From contig RSEE01000005.1 in assembly GCA_003971905.1 (NCBI GenBank), positions 682,001 to 746,000 on the forward strand: a stretch of 64,000 bases of DNA. Direction: 5' to 3'. Below the pieces are notes generated by a model, which worked only from the letters and a program-made list of their open reading frames with translations, was not told where the DNA came from and did not search any database. This document shows positions 36,315 to 50,159 of the stretch, in pieces. Source of the stretch: Moniliella sp. 'wahieum'. Lineage: Eukaryota. Every line of letters begins with the position of its first letter. Position 1 is the stretch's first letter. Made by a program: the position numbers and the translations under genes.

Positions 36315-37339
36315 AGCTCAAATGTGCCCAAACGCTTAGCTGTTGATTGGATGCGTGCTTGTAGGCTCTCCAACCGGCTGGCTGGCATCGATCCAGAACT
36401 ACTAGATTTATAGGCAGGGTAGGTATTTTTTAGGTATAGAATGCATTCGAAGATCGCTGGGAAGCGATGACACGGCAACCACGGTTAGGTGTGACGTCAG
36501 ACGGAAGCACCACAACGTAGTAGAGCAGCGAGCGGTTCAGAAAGTGGCAGGTTACTGTGAGGGGAGTGCGCACTAGGGAGAAGCTGGCCAAGTCAGCAGC
36601 AGCATAGGGTTAGCGAGAGACACAGAAGATGTGCGACGGACTCACGGGTTAGGCGATGAAGACGGCCAGTAGCGAGGGCAAGCGGGATGAAATCGGAATG
36701 TGCACTGGTAGAGCGAACAAGGTCAGGAACAGCGTCAGCATATAACAGAAGGGACGTACGACGGCGAAACAGGTCAGATAAGTCGAGGCGAACAAGACGA
36801 GACGAACCAACCGGGGATTCGCTGCATGCAGCAGCTGGGTAGACAGTGTCAGTGGCAGGACAACTCCAAGCGCGAAGTACGGAGGACGTACGATGGCAAG
36901 GCAGACGAGCCAAGCGAGAGGACCTCAGGCGAGGCAAAATGGAACCAGACGGACAAGGCCGAAGGTGAGCGAAACGGTGCATGCACGTCATGCATGCGAC
37001 CCACAGGGTCAGCAGAAGTGTGGGGAATGCGGAGGAAGCGGGCACGTACGATGACGCTGCGGATCAGGTGAAACGAGGGCAAGATGGCCCGCGAGGGGGA
37101 GTCTGTGTACGCGGGGTCAGCAACAGAGCGCTGGTGGGCAAGAGAACACATACGACAAAAGCAATGCAGACAGTGAGAGGGGGCCGGGGCGAGAGGCAGA
37201 GGGGGCGTTCAACAGCGATACTGACGAGGCGAGGAGGACGGAGTGTGGCGGGAGAGGGAATGGAGACGTACGGCAGCAATGCAGACCAGGCGAGGAGAAC
37301 CGAGCGATGGGGGCGGGACTAGCAAGGCGGTCAGTAAGC

Positions 37340-39671
37340 AGTGCAGGCAGCAACGATGGTGATGTTGATGTCCAGGGGAAGAAGATGGTGCTGTTGCGCC
37401 GTGGGACAGAGCACTCTGCGATGTGCTGGCTGCAGAGATGGGATACTGGTTGCGACGGGCGCCATGCGTCTGCCGGACCTGTGACAAAAAAAGCACCACC
37501 AATGCATATCATATGTACAACCCATCTCGCCCATCCTTTTACCAAGTCGCCACCACCATGTTTCGACGTCGGCTCACCAAAATGCCGACCGATGGAACGA
37601 GCTCGCACGCGTGCACAATAGGACAGACACATCTGCTGTACCTTTTCCCGCGGCCTGATCCACGATGAAGCAGGACGAGAGGTTGCTGTACCAGTTCCCT
37701 GCTTGCCCAGTTCAACCGATGTCCGGTTTCATGCATGCACACGAAGGTGCGCAGGTACAGCCACAACGTGGTGCTGGGTGCGAGGATGGGGGCCAGTCAC
37801 GCCATTGACGAGGTGGCCGAAGATGCGAGCATGCCCCAGCCACACCTGACGCATGCTCGCCTTCCCTTGCTTCCAGTGCCTCCTCGCCTGTAGACACTAC
37901 CATGGCCGAGGACGAGTTATGCCAGACGTAGCCCAGTGTTTCCTTTGGACCACCTTTAAGAGCCCACGGGCGTGTCCTTTGCCGCCCGCGGGCGCATGAC
38001 AACCCGCTCGGCGCCCCGAATGAGCGTGTCGAGCAAATCCGCAACCAAGAGACTGATATTCATCAGCGATCTCAACACGGAGCGCAGAGGGCACCAATAT
38101 CCGAGCGAGGGGTTTGTTGGCTAACCTAAAGACTGTGGGGTTGGGAAGGATGTGCGCACTATGCTTGTGGCTCTCCCATTCGCGGCACTCCCCATCCTCG
38201 AGACCGGAAAAGAGGCAACGATGAGAAGGAGTTCACGTTTCCGATTCCGGTTTATGACGCTATCGTCGCGGCAGCCGACCTGCATGGTTTGCTTTCCAGG
38301 ACATGGTCCCGGCTGCCGGGCAGGCCAGGGCGCAGTTCATGGTACGTCCCACAGTCGATTGATATACGGGTTTAGACGCTGGCATGCCTGTTATGGCTGG
38401 AATAGTACCGGACGACCCAGACTGCATACCGACTGATCGAGCGCCTTTCGAGACTCGGCCCCGACAGCGCCATGATCGCGACGCGACCGAATCTCCATCT
38501 CCTCCTGGCGCATATGTCTGATGCGCTCGAATTGTTCGGCCCTCTCCAGAACACGGACGCTGCCTTCGAGGGTCGCGTGAAGCACATCTTGCCATTGCAA
38601 CTTCCAGAACCTCCCGCGTGACACCTTGTACAACGTCATGGTCGCCGAGAAGATTCTGCATCACTCTTCACCGGGGTACGATGTGTCTAGTGACGGCTCG
38701 GTGGTGGCTCGGCCTGGGGCTCCTCCCGGGGTGCTGGAGCAAGGGAAGGAAGAGCCCGACTACGACTCTGATGGCATGGCGATTCCACGAGTGGTGCTGG
38801 CCCCAGCCAAGAACCAATCCTCGGTGGGTTGCAACAACCTCACCGAAGAGGTGCTGGGTCGTTTCCAGTTGGCGGACCGTGTCAAGGTGCGGGCGCAGTA
38901 CCTGGTGGGCAAGGCGGCTGTTATCGCTACAGGGGAGATGATCCGTGTGGGGATGAACGTGACGATCGGCCAGAAGTCGGCCGAGTACAGCGCGTCCGCC
39001 GACTTTGTTATTGGCAAGATCCTCCGGATTGGGCGCGACCCGTTGGATGAGAAGGCTGCCTGGGTCGGGTACAGGGCGTACCGTACATCATCACGGGTAG
39101 CACGCATCGCTCAGGCTGCCGCATTGTCCGCAAACTCAATGATGGTGATGCTCCTGAAGAGTTGCCCTATTGACGGTGAGCACCGATGAGTGCTGAATCC
39201 GGCTGCGTGACGATTGCTCATCAAGTACTGACACTGGGACATTGACCACAGGATGTTGGCAGCGAGGCGCCTCTCCAGCACGCCTGCACCAAGAAGTGCA
39301 TGATAGAGCAGGACGGCCAGAAAGTACTGGTGCACAACTACGAGAAGGACCCGATCTCGGGGGAGAACGAGGCGATAGAGTACTTCATCCCGGCGGCGTC
39401 TCATTTTAAAGCCAAGAACGGGAAGCGGCTGGTATTGAACGAATACGCTATGCGAAGTCCACCACACCACAAGCCGCACATGGACTTGAGGATCAGCTGG
39501 AAGTCCCCCAAACTGAGCGCCAACGCGCTGAGCAAAGACGTGGCCCAGAGGATTGCAACGAACGGTGCCATGCACCTGTGGGACAAGCGCGCCAAGAAGA
39601 AGACACCTGCCGTGGCCGCTGTCGGAGGAGGGGGCAACAGCGACGACTCTTCGGACAGTGACAGTGATTGA
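37340..39671 (+). pseudogene. CMC-type DDE transposase, disrupted and apparently 5'-truncated
   Basis: Hand translation: ALCDVLAAEMGY..CVCRTC (~37411-37482), RPNLHLLLAHMSDALELFGPLQNTDAAFEGRVK (~38485-38582; HxxxxH..FGP..FE motif), LQHACTKKC (~39271-39299), then ORF 39300-39671. Probable intron ~39176-39251. Confidence 0.6.
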
Positions 39672-40845
39672 TGCGAGAACCAAATGGACATGCATTGCGC
39701 GATGAGGATGAGTATAGGTTTGGTGGCAGTCGTCGGTCGTCAGTAGCCAGGCCATAGGGTGGTGCGCATCCTGGACCCATCAGCCTGAACCTCTCCATGG
39801 GCTGCGCTTTGACATGATGCGCATGCGCACATAAAAGCTTCTTTTGCCGGCGAAACGAGCCAGGTGACGGATGACTGTCATGCGTCCCATGCGCAGGGGC
39901 ATGGCCGAAGCGAAGGGGCGGTTATGGAGTAAGAGGCCAGACGGTGAGGCGTGGGTTGCAGCCCCAAATGCCTGTCGCCACAAGCGTCGGGTCTCTGCCA
40001 CCGGCCTCTTCAGCCCCACTCCGCTTATCCAGCCCATCTACCCATTTTCCAATCCCGCCATTACCCTTATTTCAATTTTTCACTAGTTGATTGTCCTATC
40101 GTGTTTACAGTGGAAAACGTACCCACCATGCGTCCTGGTATAGTCCTTTTTATCCCTTCCATGCCCCGCACACACGCGAAGCTCTCTTCGCTCAACCACC
40201 CTCGTATCGTCCGCCTTGACACGGGCGAGAATGGTACGCCATGGTGCGCTCCCCCTTGGTCTCCGACCCAGACCCAACAACGTGTCTTGCCTCAGAAATG
40301 CGGAGCGAGCGAGGCTTCCCTCCACCGCCTGTCTCCTTCGCAGCGGGAAGCCTGGATGAGGCTCCGGAGTGGCGCCCCGGGAGGCAAGCGCCACAGCGAA
40401 GAAACCCCCAAAATGAAATTTTGGGTCCGTGCGGGCAAGGAGACTGAGCGATAGGGTTCGCGGCGAGCCCGCTGCACGGGGGCAGAGAGGCGGGGTCGTG
40501 CAGCGGGGGGCGAGTGTCGGGCGCCACGGACAGTGCTCGCGCTGCGACAGTGTGGCGAAGTGGCCCTCTGGCTCCGATCCAGCCAACACGCAGCGTTTAA
40601 CGTTCAACATTCAACCTGGCCCGGCCGCCCGCCCAGCCACCGGCGCTCGGCGCTCCATCCCACGCGTCGGGCGGGCGGTGGATAACACCTGCCACCACCA
40701 CCACTGCCAACACCGCCACCGCCTCCACCGCCCCCGCCACCTCCCTCTCTGCCTTATTTGCCTCCCCCCCCGCCCCCCCCCCTGCTAAATCAGCTCTCCC
40801 CTCTCCCCCACCTGTCCGTGTTTTGCTCAACATCGAGGTGGGACG

Positions 40846-42624
40846 ATGGCAAGCGACCCCGATGCTGGCTGGCGCTTTGCCCAATGCTTCGGCGACAAAG
40901 GCGAGGTCAAGGAGATCACTGAGGGTGCGTTGTGTCGCCCTACCTTGGCTTCCCGTCTCTACCTCCTTCCACACTCCCGCGGCTGCGCTCGGCGCAGTGC
41001 GGCAGGGCACGGCCTAGAAGATGTTCTGCTCTGCTAACCAATGACTGACCTGTACCCCCTTTGTTGTTGCCTCACCCCTGTTCAGCCGACATCATCTCGG
41101 CCGTTGAGTTTGACCACACTGGCGATTACCTTGCCACTGGTGAAGGGAGGACGTGTGGTGCTCTTTGAGCGCAATGACTCGGTACGTGCTGTTAGTATTA
41201 GGTGGCTGGACACTTGGCCCGATGGGAATTCGGGAAAGGGAGGCCCCAGCAAGGCGAAGGAAGAGGCGAGTACTGACGATATGCAATCCAACAGAAAAAG
41301 GGGTGCGAGTACAAGTTCTACACTGAGTTCCAATCGCACGAGCCCGAGTTTGACTACCTCAAGTCGCTCGAAATTGAAGAGAAGATCAACAAGATCAAGT
41401 GGTGCCGAAGGCAAAACGCAGCCCATTTCCTGCTCAGCACTAATGGTGCGTCATTTCCCGCCCCCGCTTCTCCAGCTTACTGACGCTCTGGACTTTTCCT
41501 GGACAGACAAGACGATCAAACTGTGGAAAGTATTTGAAAAGTCGCTGCAGATGGTGGCGGAGAACAACTGTCCGAAGGTTTTGCTCCCCCTGGTGCCTAC
41601 ACTTCCCGCGCGCTTGTTGATCCAGGGAGCGTCGTTCCTGGCAGCGGGATGCACCTCCGTCTGCCGCGGATCAACATCCACGACACCATTGTGGCGGCGG
41701 TACCGCGAAGATCTATGCCAACGCACATGCTTACCACGTTAATTCCATCTCGGTCAACTCTGATGCGGAGACGTACATGTCAGCGGACGACCTGCGGATC
41801 AATCTGTGGAACCTCAACATCTCGGACCAGTCATTCAACATGGTTGACATTAAGCCGGTCAACATGGAGGAGTTGACCGAGGTGATCACTGCCGCCGAAT
41901 TCCACCCGGTCAACTGCAACCACTTTGTCTATCCTCCTCCAAAGGCACCATCAAGCTGGCAGACATGCGCGACTCGGCGTTGTGCGACCAGCATGCCAAA
42001 ACTGTTTGAGGAGGAGGAAGGGGATGCCGCGTCGAAATCCTTCTTTTCCGAAATCATCAGCAGCATTTCGGATGTCAAGTTTTCCCATGATGGCCGCTAC
42101 CTCTTGTCGCGCGACTACCTGACTCTGAAGGGTGGGATGTCAACATGGACCGTGCCCCCGTGGCCACCATCCCGATCCACGACATCCGCTCCAAGCTGTG
42201 CGACTTGTACGAGAACGACTGCATCTTTGACAAATTTGAAGCGCTCTGGGGCCAGACGACAAACATGTCCTGACTGGTTCGTACAACAATTATCTCCACA
42301 TCTTGACAAGGACCACCCGACCCGGCTGCCAGTGGCGTGACGCTACAGGCAGATAGAGCGCGTTTAAGAACAAGAAGCTCGGCGGCAAGGGCCGGGGCAA
42401 GACACCGGGTCCCGGGCGGGGTGGCTCAAGTCGACGTGGACAATGTCGACTTTAGCAAGAAGATCCTTCACGCCTCGTACCACCCGCATGAGCACACTGC
42501 TGCCATCGCAGCAACCAACAACCTGTTCATCTTTACAGCCGCTGGGGCTGGCCAAGCACCGCAGATGGTGCAGGCGGTGCAGCCTCCGGCCTTCCAGACC
42601 ATGCCTGCCCAACCGGCCATCTAA
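40846..42624 (+). CDS. CDC55: PP2A 55-kDa regulatory B subunit
   Basis: [89 protein letters not shown]. Introns 40925-41085, 41182-41294 and 41446-41506. Confidence 0.96.
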
Positions 42625-45600
42625 GCCAAAGCCGGGGGGCAGACGACGAATAATCTGACGAATGCTCCACAGCCCTTGTGTGGAGGCGAGCAGTGAAATT
42701 GGCGAGCTTGGAAGCTAGAAGTTGGGGGCTCCCATGGGGCCAGACATGGCGTAGCTGAGCATTCATGGATGGTGATGGATGCCCAGGACTGTCTGGGCTG
42801 AAAGGATGGGAGTTGGGAGGAGATAGGGTTCGTCGTAGAGAAAACATTGACGTCGATGATGACGTCGATGTCATGTTGGGCTGGGCAATGGCGCAGCTTT
42901 GCGAGAAAATCAGGGGCTATAGGTAGGGCTGCGATCTGCGATGGTCTGAATCAATGATCAACCTGATTGCTGAGCTCCAGCCCCATCATGCATGGTGTGT
43001 CACTCCCATGCCATGACCGGGTCCGATCAGAGCTGGAGGTGACTGAGAGCCTGCAAACCATACGGGTTGTGGCTCAAGTTGAGCTCCAACATCGTCAAGG
43101 AGAGAGGATGAAGGCGAGGGAACGATGACGAGTGCGAAAGAAATAATAGGAGCGGCACTGACACCACTGGATGAAGGTGGATTCCGGGAAATTCTTGGTG
43201 GGGTGTGGGATGCTTTCGATCGATGCATCGAAGAGGGGATAAAGGCGATCGATAGCGGAACCGATTGAAGAAAGTTAGTTGATTCGGTCTTTTTCTGCTC
43301 GGGCTAGAGGCAGTTTGTGCTTGCCAGTTGTACACAGGACATTGTCTGGTAACTAAAAAGAAAGATGGCTCGGCTCCTCGTTTTTCAGAGCTGTTGCACG
43401 TAACCGTAACAGAGGTCAAAAAGGTCAGATTGACACCAAGGGAAAGCCACACAATAATGAGCGTTTTGAGCTCTGTCCATATTGTCTAACGTCACTTGCT
43501 GGTGCCGGCAAAACAACGAGACGTTGAAGGTTGACAATGTTGACAAGTTGACATGTGCATGCTCAAGGGACGCATTTTGTCCAGGATTATATAGCTCTTT
43601 GGCCCTTCTCCACGAAAAGGCCACAGGCATGTCGTGGGAGAGAGGAGAGGGAAGAGCCACGCCGGTGACCTACCACTGCATCCTGTCATGTTCAAGCGGG
43701 GGGCACATCGGAGCGCATCACGTGCTGATGAGCATCGACCGCAGTGGTAGCCGATGGGACGAACATATACAACACGGGTAAATGGTAAAAATAGTTATCG
43801 CATGGATGTCATCGATAGTGACCTTACTACTAAGGAGTGACTATTGACTCGTGATTAATGATTATAGTGGTCGTATTCCAGTAGAGCACATTCTGACACT
43901 CTGCGCCCTCGATATGCCAGGCGCTCGCACGCCACACGGATGCCATCGATGGATGAGGCTTCGCATTGGGTCGTCCAGCGGGCGCCCAAAATGGAGCCAA
44001 GGCCACCTACGTACATCTGTGCCCGCCGGCTCTTGCAGCTTGGCGAATGCGGAGAATGATTAATGAAGCTTGAAGCGTTTGAAGCTTATCAGAATAAACT
44101 TGCAGCGTGCTTCGGAAGCTTGAAGCTTTGAAGCTTGAATCATTAATCATATCTAGGCTGTGGAGCCCCGCTCGGGCCTGGGGAGGGTACCTGTGGGGGC
44201 ACACGTTACGGCAATATGCATTAGTCGTTATCGGGTGGGGTCGGAACGGCTGGGATGCATCATATTGGGACTTGGCGTATAGGAAGGACGGGGAAAAGCT
44301 GGAAGGCAGAGCGAGGACGACACGTATTATGTTGTGACAAGGGGTCGGACACAACATCCAACAGGTCTCCCCGTGGGATGAATTGCGCAGGGTCCACGGG
44401 TGGCGCCGGGTAGCTCTTGTCTATAGTTTAGTTTAGTGGGGGAGCCAGGGTTCGTGTGGGTCTTGCTGCGTTGCCTATGACAAAAACAAGCTGCTGCGCA
44501 ATCCATCACGTTCTGCGGAGGGCCGCGTGACGTGTGAGGAACCTGTGAGTGGGTGTTACATCTTACGCAACTGGACCAGGAATTCTTTGGTCTATACTAC
44601 TCTCAGGAGTATACTCCTCACTGATGTACTGATGCAATCACTTTCAAGCATCAAGAAGAGTCCAATCCAAGCTCAAAAGGTGTTTCAAAGACGGGTCTAT
44701 AATCCCAGAGGGTTGCTACCACGGTTGCGTGAAAAGCAACTACGTGGCTCAGCTTGCTCTGATAACGGTGGGTATATTAATAGTAGACCGGAGGAGCCCA
44801 AGCTCTCGGGAGGAGAGCCTTTTGGGCATGCAATGCAATGCCGACGGTGGTTGAAGTGTTGAGATCTAATTAAGTCTCTCATGATCTCATGCACCATGTG
44901 CATCACGGCACGCCACTTAGGAAAAGACACAGGGGTTCGAAAAGAGGCCCCGTTGTATTCACGTGTATTAAGAGGTCAAAGAAGGGGAGGATAATCGATA
45001 GATGGGTATACGAGTGGCGAAGAGAGCGCTGATGCATGATGGGGAGTCTGAATCCTCAACTGAGTACACTGAGTGTTGCTAGTGTTGAATGTTACTGTGC
45101 TGAAGCGGCGAGCGGGATGCTGATTCGCTGGTGGAGAGCACTTCTCGGTATGATGGGCGTCACATGTGGGGGTCGGAGATGAGAAACGTCCCAAGAAAGG
45201 GTGAAGATGCATGGCATGCGAGAGGAAAAATATGGCTGAAGCGTTTTTGATATGCTCTGTTTTAGGCACCTCGACCTTTTCCCGGGAGTAATATATACGG
45301 TGCGATCTCCTGAGATCATCGATCAGACCTTGGCCGAAAGGAGCGCGAATTATGAATCGAACATCGGGGGCTATCCATCTGCATCAACCCACAACCATCC
45401 TGAATTACAGTCCAACCGCAACGATGGAGACGGCTGTTGTGGCCGAAGCGAAGGAAGGATGATTCATTAGATTGATCAATGTGTTTTAGCTAGGTTCTAG
45501 AGATCTGGGAGGTACGTGCTTACATGATTACAATGGGGAAAGGCTGGCGTGGAGGGGGGATGCCTGGGATTTCGCATGCAGCATGACAAAAATAAATCTC

Positions 45601-45869
45601 TGCGAAAAGCGGCGTGCTTGGAATGAAACTTTTGATGGTGGAAGATGGGGTTGGATACTGGGGCCACCGTGAGAGAGTGGCCGAATAGGCTGCTCGTGGC
45701 AAAGTATCCAACAGGGTGGCGAGCTGAGCGCACTGAGTAACCGAGGACCGGGCGTAGGCCGTAGGACTCATCGACACCAACCAAACTTCGCAGCCGCAAA
45801 ACACGCCGGGGTAAGCGCTGGGCCCTGGAAGCCACCGAGGGGCCGCACCGAGGCCGCAAGAATGGCGTC

Positions 45870-46665
45870 CCTGACCGGTGACCTCACCAGTGATTGTGTG
45901 ACCGGTCTCCTACGGTGATCAGTGACTAGTGACTAGTGACTAGTGACTACGGTAGCAGTACCAGTACCGACTTCTACGGAGTAGTGACTTCAAGCTACCC
46001 TAGTTACTAGTTACTAGTGATCAATGATTATCGATTAGTGGCTTCAAGCTTCACTAGCACTAGTGAGAGCTAGTGAGGCCGAGAAGAAGCAAGTCAGCTA
46101 GTCAGATAGGGGGGTTTGACGAGATCAGTACTAGGTTCCTGTGGCCATCAACGAACAGTCGTTAGGCTTGTTAGGCCTTGGGGTTCCAGCGCCCAGCTCC
46201 CGCATTACAGAAGAGCTGAGCCGCTGATGCAGATGTGTGATGGCGTGGACGTGTCCGCGGTACCGCTGGTAATCACCGGCTTCAGGGCCCACACGTTCAC
46301 GGGAAGGCGCGGCAAGTTGGAAGGGTTTAGCTGAAGAAGACCTAAAAAAAACTAACGCCTGTGACTACTGGTAACTAGGAAGTAGTAACTAGGAACTGCC
46401 GAGGGGCCGGTGAGCCGGGTGGAGGGGCCTGCTGCGAGGCAAGGCCTTGGTGACGGAGCGAGGAGGCGGTGGCGGCAATCGGGAAGGGATGTGGCTGGTG
46501 CGCTGGACGAGCACGGGGGCGGACTGAGTTGGCGAGGGGATGGCTGGTGGCTATTGGATACTGGATGGCGCTGCGATGGGGACGTGTGCGCTGTGACATG
46601 TGGCATGTGACATGTGACAGGTGACCGGTGACATTACGTCGGGCAGCACCCGTGACACTGTGACG
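45870..46665. repeat. Second cluster of palindromic-heptamer arrays (ACCGGT, ACTAGT, ATCGAT, AAGCTT, ACATGT)
   Basis: 45922-45949 (GTGACTA)4; 46001-46020 tagttactagttactagtga; 46593-46632 gtgacatgtggcatgtgacatgtgacaggtgaccggtgac. Confidence 0.8.
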
Positions 46666-47128
46666 CGGCAGACACATGGCAGATCGATGGCAGGGCGGAG
46701 GATGATATCACCGCTCGACCAGAGATCATGCATGCATGCCCGCCGTGCTTCCGCTGCATGCGATGCGGGCCAGCGGCGGGCAGGGGGGCAGTGCCGGGGC
46801 GGGAAAAAAAGGAGGGAAATGCTGGGGTTGGGCGCTGCTGGCTGGTGCCGCCTGGGGCTGGCCAGGGCGGCGTGCGGCCTGAAGGCAGCGCAGCACAGCA
46901 GCTGACCGCCCGTGGCTAGCGGCTGGCGCCGGGCGCCCCGGGCGGCTGGCGGCTAATAGCACGCGGCTGCCACCTGCGCTTTTCCCCAAACCACCATCCG
47001 AACGACACCCACGTCAAGAAGCAGCCACCCAGGCCCCGCCCCGCCCCGCCGCCCACACCGTCCGCCCCCGCCTCACCCGCCACCGCCACCGCCACCGCCG
47101 CCTCCATCGCGCCCTCACCCGCACCCCT

Positions 47129-48765
47129 ATGCTGAGTACTCCATCACCCTACCCCCTGGTGGAGACCGGCGGTCCAATACCAGACGACGCCCAGATCGAC
47201 CAGAACCGTGCCTCCATCAATGTCGACTACCTCTCCCACCAGTGGACCGACGAGGATGTGTGGTCCAGCTGGAAGGCCATGACCAAGAAGAAGCATGAGA
47301 TTGCCAACGGTATCCGTCTCGAGAACGCCTCCTGGCGCACTTGGGCCAAGCAGCGTGGCAAACTCAAGACCATCTCCCCCGAAACACTCAACTGGTGCGT
47401 GCCTTCTCCTCGTCTCTTTTGTTTCCTCCCCCCCCCCTCTCCTTTTCCCGGTTCTAACCTGGACCTCCCTGTCTGTTCTCTTCGTTCGTAGGCTGAAGGA
47501 CAGCGACGTTACCTGGCTCTATGGACCTTTGCACGAGCACGCGGACCCCGTTCCGCCACCCAAGGTGGCTAGCGTCTCTGAACGCTTTGGCCTTGACTTG
47601 GGCCACCCTGGCACCCTTGCTGCCAGCCCTTCCCTCCCCCCTTTCCAGAGCCAGAACCAGACCGGCGTCACCGACGGCGCTGCGCCCGAGGCCTACCCCC
47701 CGTCAAGCGTCCGGTGGACGAGAGTGGGAACTTGATGGTGGAGGGCAGGGCGCCATTTGCCCATGCCGGATTTGGAGGGTACGTGAACAAGTCGGGCAAA
47801 AAGTCCATCCTGAAGCACCGCACGATTGGTGATATCCTTGCCCACCCGGGCGAGCTGGCCGTGCCGACGACTGAGCTGGGTGCAGCCAGCAGGGAAGAGA
47901 GTGATGCCGAGGGAAGTACCAGCTCCCACCTTGACAAGGGCAAGGCGCGAGCGAGCGATAGCGACGACGGGTCCGATCCGCCCAAACGCCACATTACCTT
48001 CAACACACGTGTTGAGCAGTGCATTGCTCTCGACCCGCTCGACGTGGATGATGAGGCCAGCTCGGAAGGGAGTGTAAGCAGTAGCGAGGACGAAGGCCTC
48101 ACCATCCCTCGCGCTGGCTCGAGAGAACGTCGGGCCAGTGCCGTTGTTCCCGATGACCCCCCTTCCTCTTCCTCCTCCTCCGGCACGCATTCCACGATTG
48201 CCATGCTGGCACCCACACGACTCAAGGCGTATGGACCCATGGCGCGGGGTGCTCCACATGTGGTTGACCCTTCTGGCTTTGTGTTGGATGAAGAGGAGTA
48301 TGGGTACGACGAGCCCGCCGCTCGCACCTGGCAGCTGGTCGATGACGACGAAGAAGATGACGAGTACTACCCACGAGGGAAGATTACTACCACGATGGCA
48401 GCGACGAGTACCTCCCTGCCACGGGGGAGAGCATGTATGACGACGATTTGCGTGACGAGGCCGACATTGATATGCTGCCCCCAGCCCCGGTAACCTATGC
48501 CAGTCCCAACTCTGGGTCGGGAGCTGGGTTTGGGTCTGTGCCTGCCTCGGGCCCCGGCTCCGGGTTGGGCTCGAACAGCAGCACTCCTCCTGGCGAGGCT
48601 GAGCCGAGGGGCAGACCCTCGCAGCGCTCCCACTCAACGTCGGAAGAACGGATGCAGGATGCGCGCCGACCCGGCCGGCGGTACAATGGGTCGTACGCCG
48701 CTGCCGCCGCGGCGTCGTTGCCGTCCAAGTACGAAGGCGGCACCAGCTTAGACTATACCGCGTAA
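47129..48765 (+). CDS. REG1-like PP1 regulatory subunit (DUF1752 domain)
   Basis: VDYLSHQWTDEDVWSSWK..RLENASWRTWAK..ISPETLNW|LKDSDVTWLYGP across intron 47395-47491; KSILKHRT; RHITF (RVxF-like PP1 docking motif) followed by VEQCIAL. Confidence 0.85.
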
Positions 48766-49109
48766 TCGCGCCTATGTGATATCTTGAGTAGGACGGCTAC
48801 CCTGGGGGCCCGGTGCCCACGCAACCCTTTCCTCCTCTTCCAACCTCGCTTCTCCCTTTCACGTTGCATGCATCCTTTTGTGTCCAGTGTCTGCTGTGCT
48901 AGTTTTCCCCGCCATGCAGGGATGTCGGAGGGGACCGGGGACTGATGGAGACGGTGTTCTAGACGGGGTGGGCTGCTGCTGCGTGAACGTGGCCTGGCTC
49001 TTTTTTCTCGAAGGTAAGGAGGCGGGGGTGGGCTGGCGATTCAATATTCATCCTCCTCCACGTCTCGGTTCGGGAAGGACTGCACAAAGGGGCGATGAGA
49101 CCCAAAAAG

Positions 49110-49208
49110 AGGAGTAGGTCGGACTCGAACCAACGACTTCAAGATGATTAGCAGCCTCTTTTCCAGGCTCGTTGCAATCTCACACGCTAACCGCTGCGTC
49201 ACTACTCC
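49110..49208 (-). tRNA. tRNA-Cys(GCA) with ~26-nt intron (49146-49171)
   Basis: Reverse complement GGAGTAG TG ACGC AGCGGTTA GCGT G TGAGA TT GCA A[intron]A TCTTG AAGTC GTTGG TTCGAGT CCGAC CTACTCC T. U73 discriminator; T5 terminator. Confidence 0.92.
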
Positions 49209-50159
49209 GGTGCGGGGGCCAGCCTATGGCCTATGGCCTTGCAGCCATGCTCAACAGTGCGACACCACTAACACCACCTGGATGTTGTGCTCGTGGTAGT
49301 GGCGTTCTTGTTGTCCACAGCCGGAGGTCCTCTCGTTTCCGTTACGTTGGCTTGCCATCACAAATCCACCCAGCTTGAGTCACTCCGTCATAGGAAACCG
49401 CGATAGCGCGATAGCCGGCAGGTCCTCTGCTGTATACTTGCCAGTGGCCGTTCAACGGGGTTATGTATACGACTTGGATGTCCAACCCCACAAAGACAGC
49501 AAGCGCGTACACTGTGATGGGCGTGAGAACCTGTGCGCCAGGCATGGGGTCGAATGGGAGGTCCACTCGGTGCAAGGATACGCCGTTTGAGGAAAAAGAT
49601 GAGCGTACTGGCCTGGTGGGATCCCATTTCACACGCACGCCGACGGTCAAACGGAAAGGTAGGAGATGGAGTTGTGGGTTTTGGTGGATTGAGAGGCGCT
49701 ACAGTAGGCCAGTCTGCAACAAAGGAAAGAAACAGCAAAGGGGGGTGCTTCGCGGACCTCCCGGACCTGCTTGTCCCCGGTTGCCCCCGGAACCTCCGTT
49801 TCTCAACGGGGGCACAGCAGTAGACACAATCGCCTCTATTTGGCCAGCACACAAATACGATCGGTCTCAGTGTACCAAGGAACCCAAACTTGTTATTTAA
49901 CGTAACGCATGAAGCGAAGCAGACAAGCGAAAGAAGGGGGATGATTGATGAGAAGACATGTGAGAAGGGATGGCGACAGGTGCGTGGAGAGAGAGAGACC
50001 GGATGAAGGGTGAAAGGTGTCAATGATGGGGGGTGAAGCCGGTGAAGAGGCAGAGGCAGAGGGAGAGAGGAATGACGAAAAATGCAAGGGTGGAGAGAGC
50101 TTAAAGAACAGTGTGGTTGAAGCGTTGACCAATGAAGCTAAAAACGAACCATTCAGGTA

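Larger units (their letters stand above)
36111..40431 (+). mobile_element. CMC-superfamily (EnSpm/Plavaka-like) DNA transposon, degenerate
   Basis: Candidate termini CACGG (36111) and CCGTG (40431) with an imperfect inverted AAAATT..ATTTTG; subterminal 23-bp repeats; internal transposase motifs. No matching target-site duplication, so the ends are tentative. Confidence 0.55.

Noticed and set aside
42986..45860. Genes among the short ORFs of the second long intergenic region
   Set aside because: All are under 145 aa with no motif I could recognise; no LTR, TIR or transposase signature could be confirmed.
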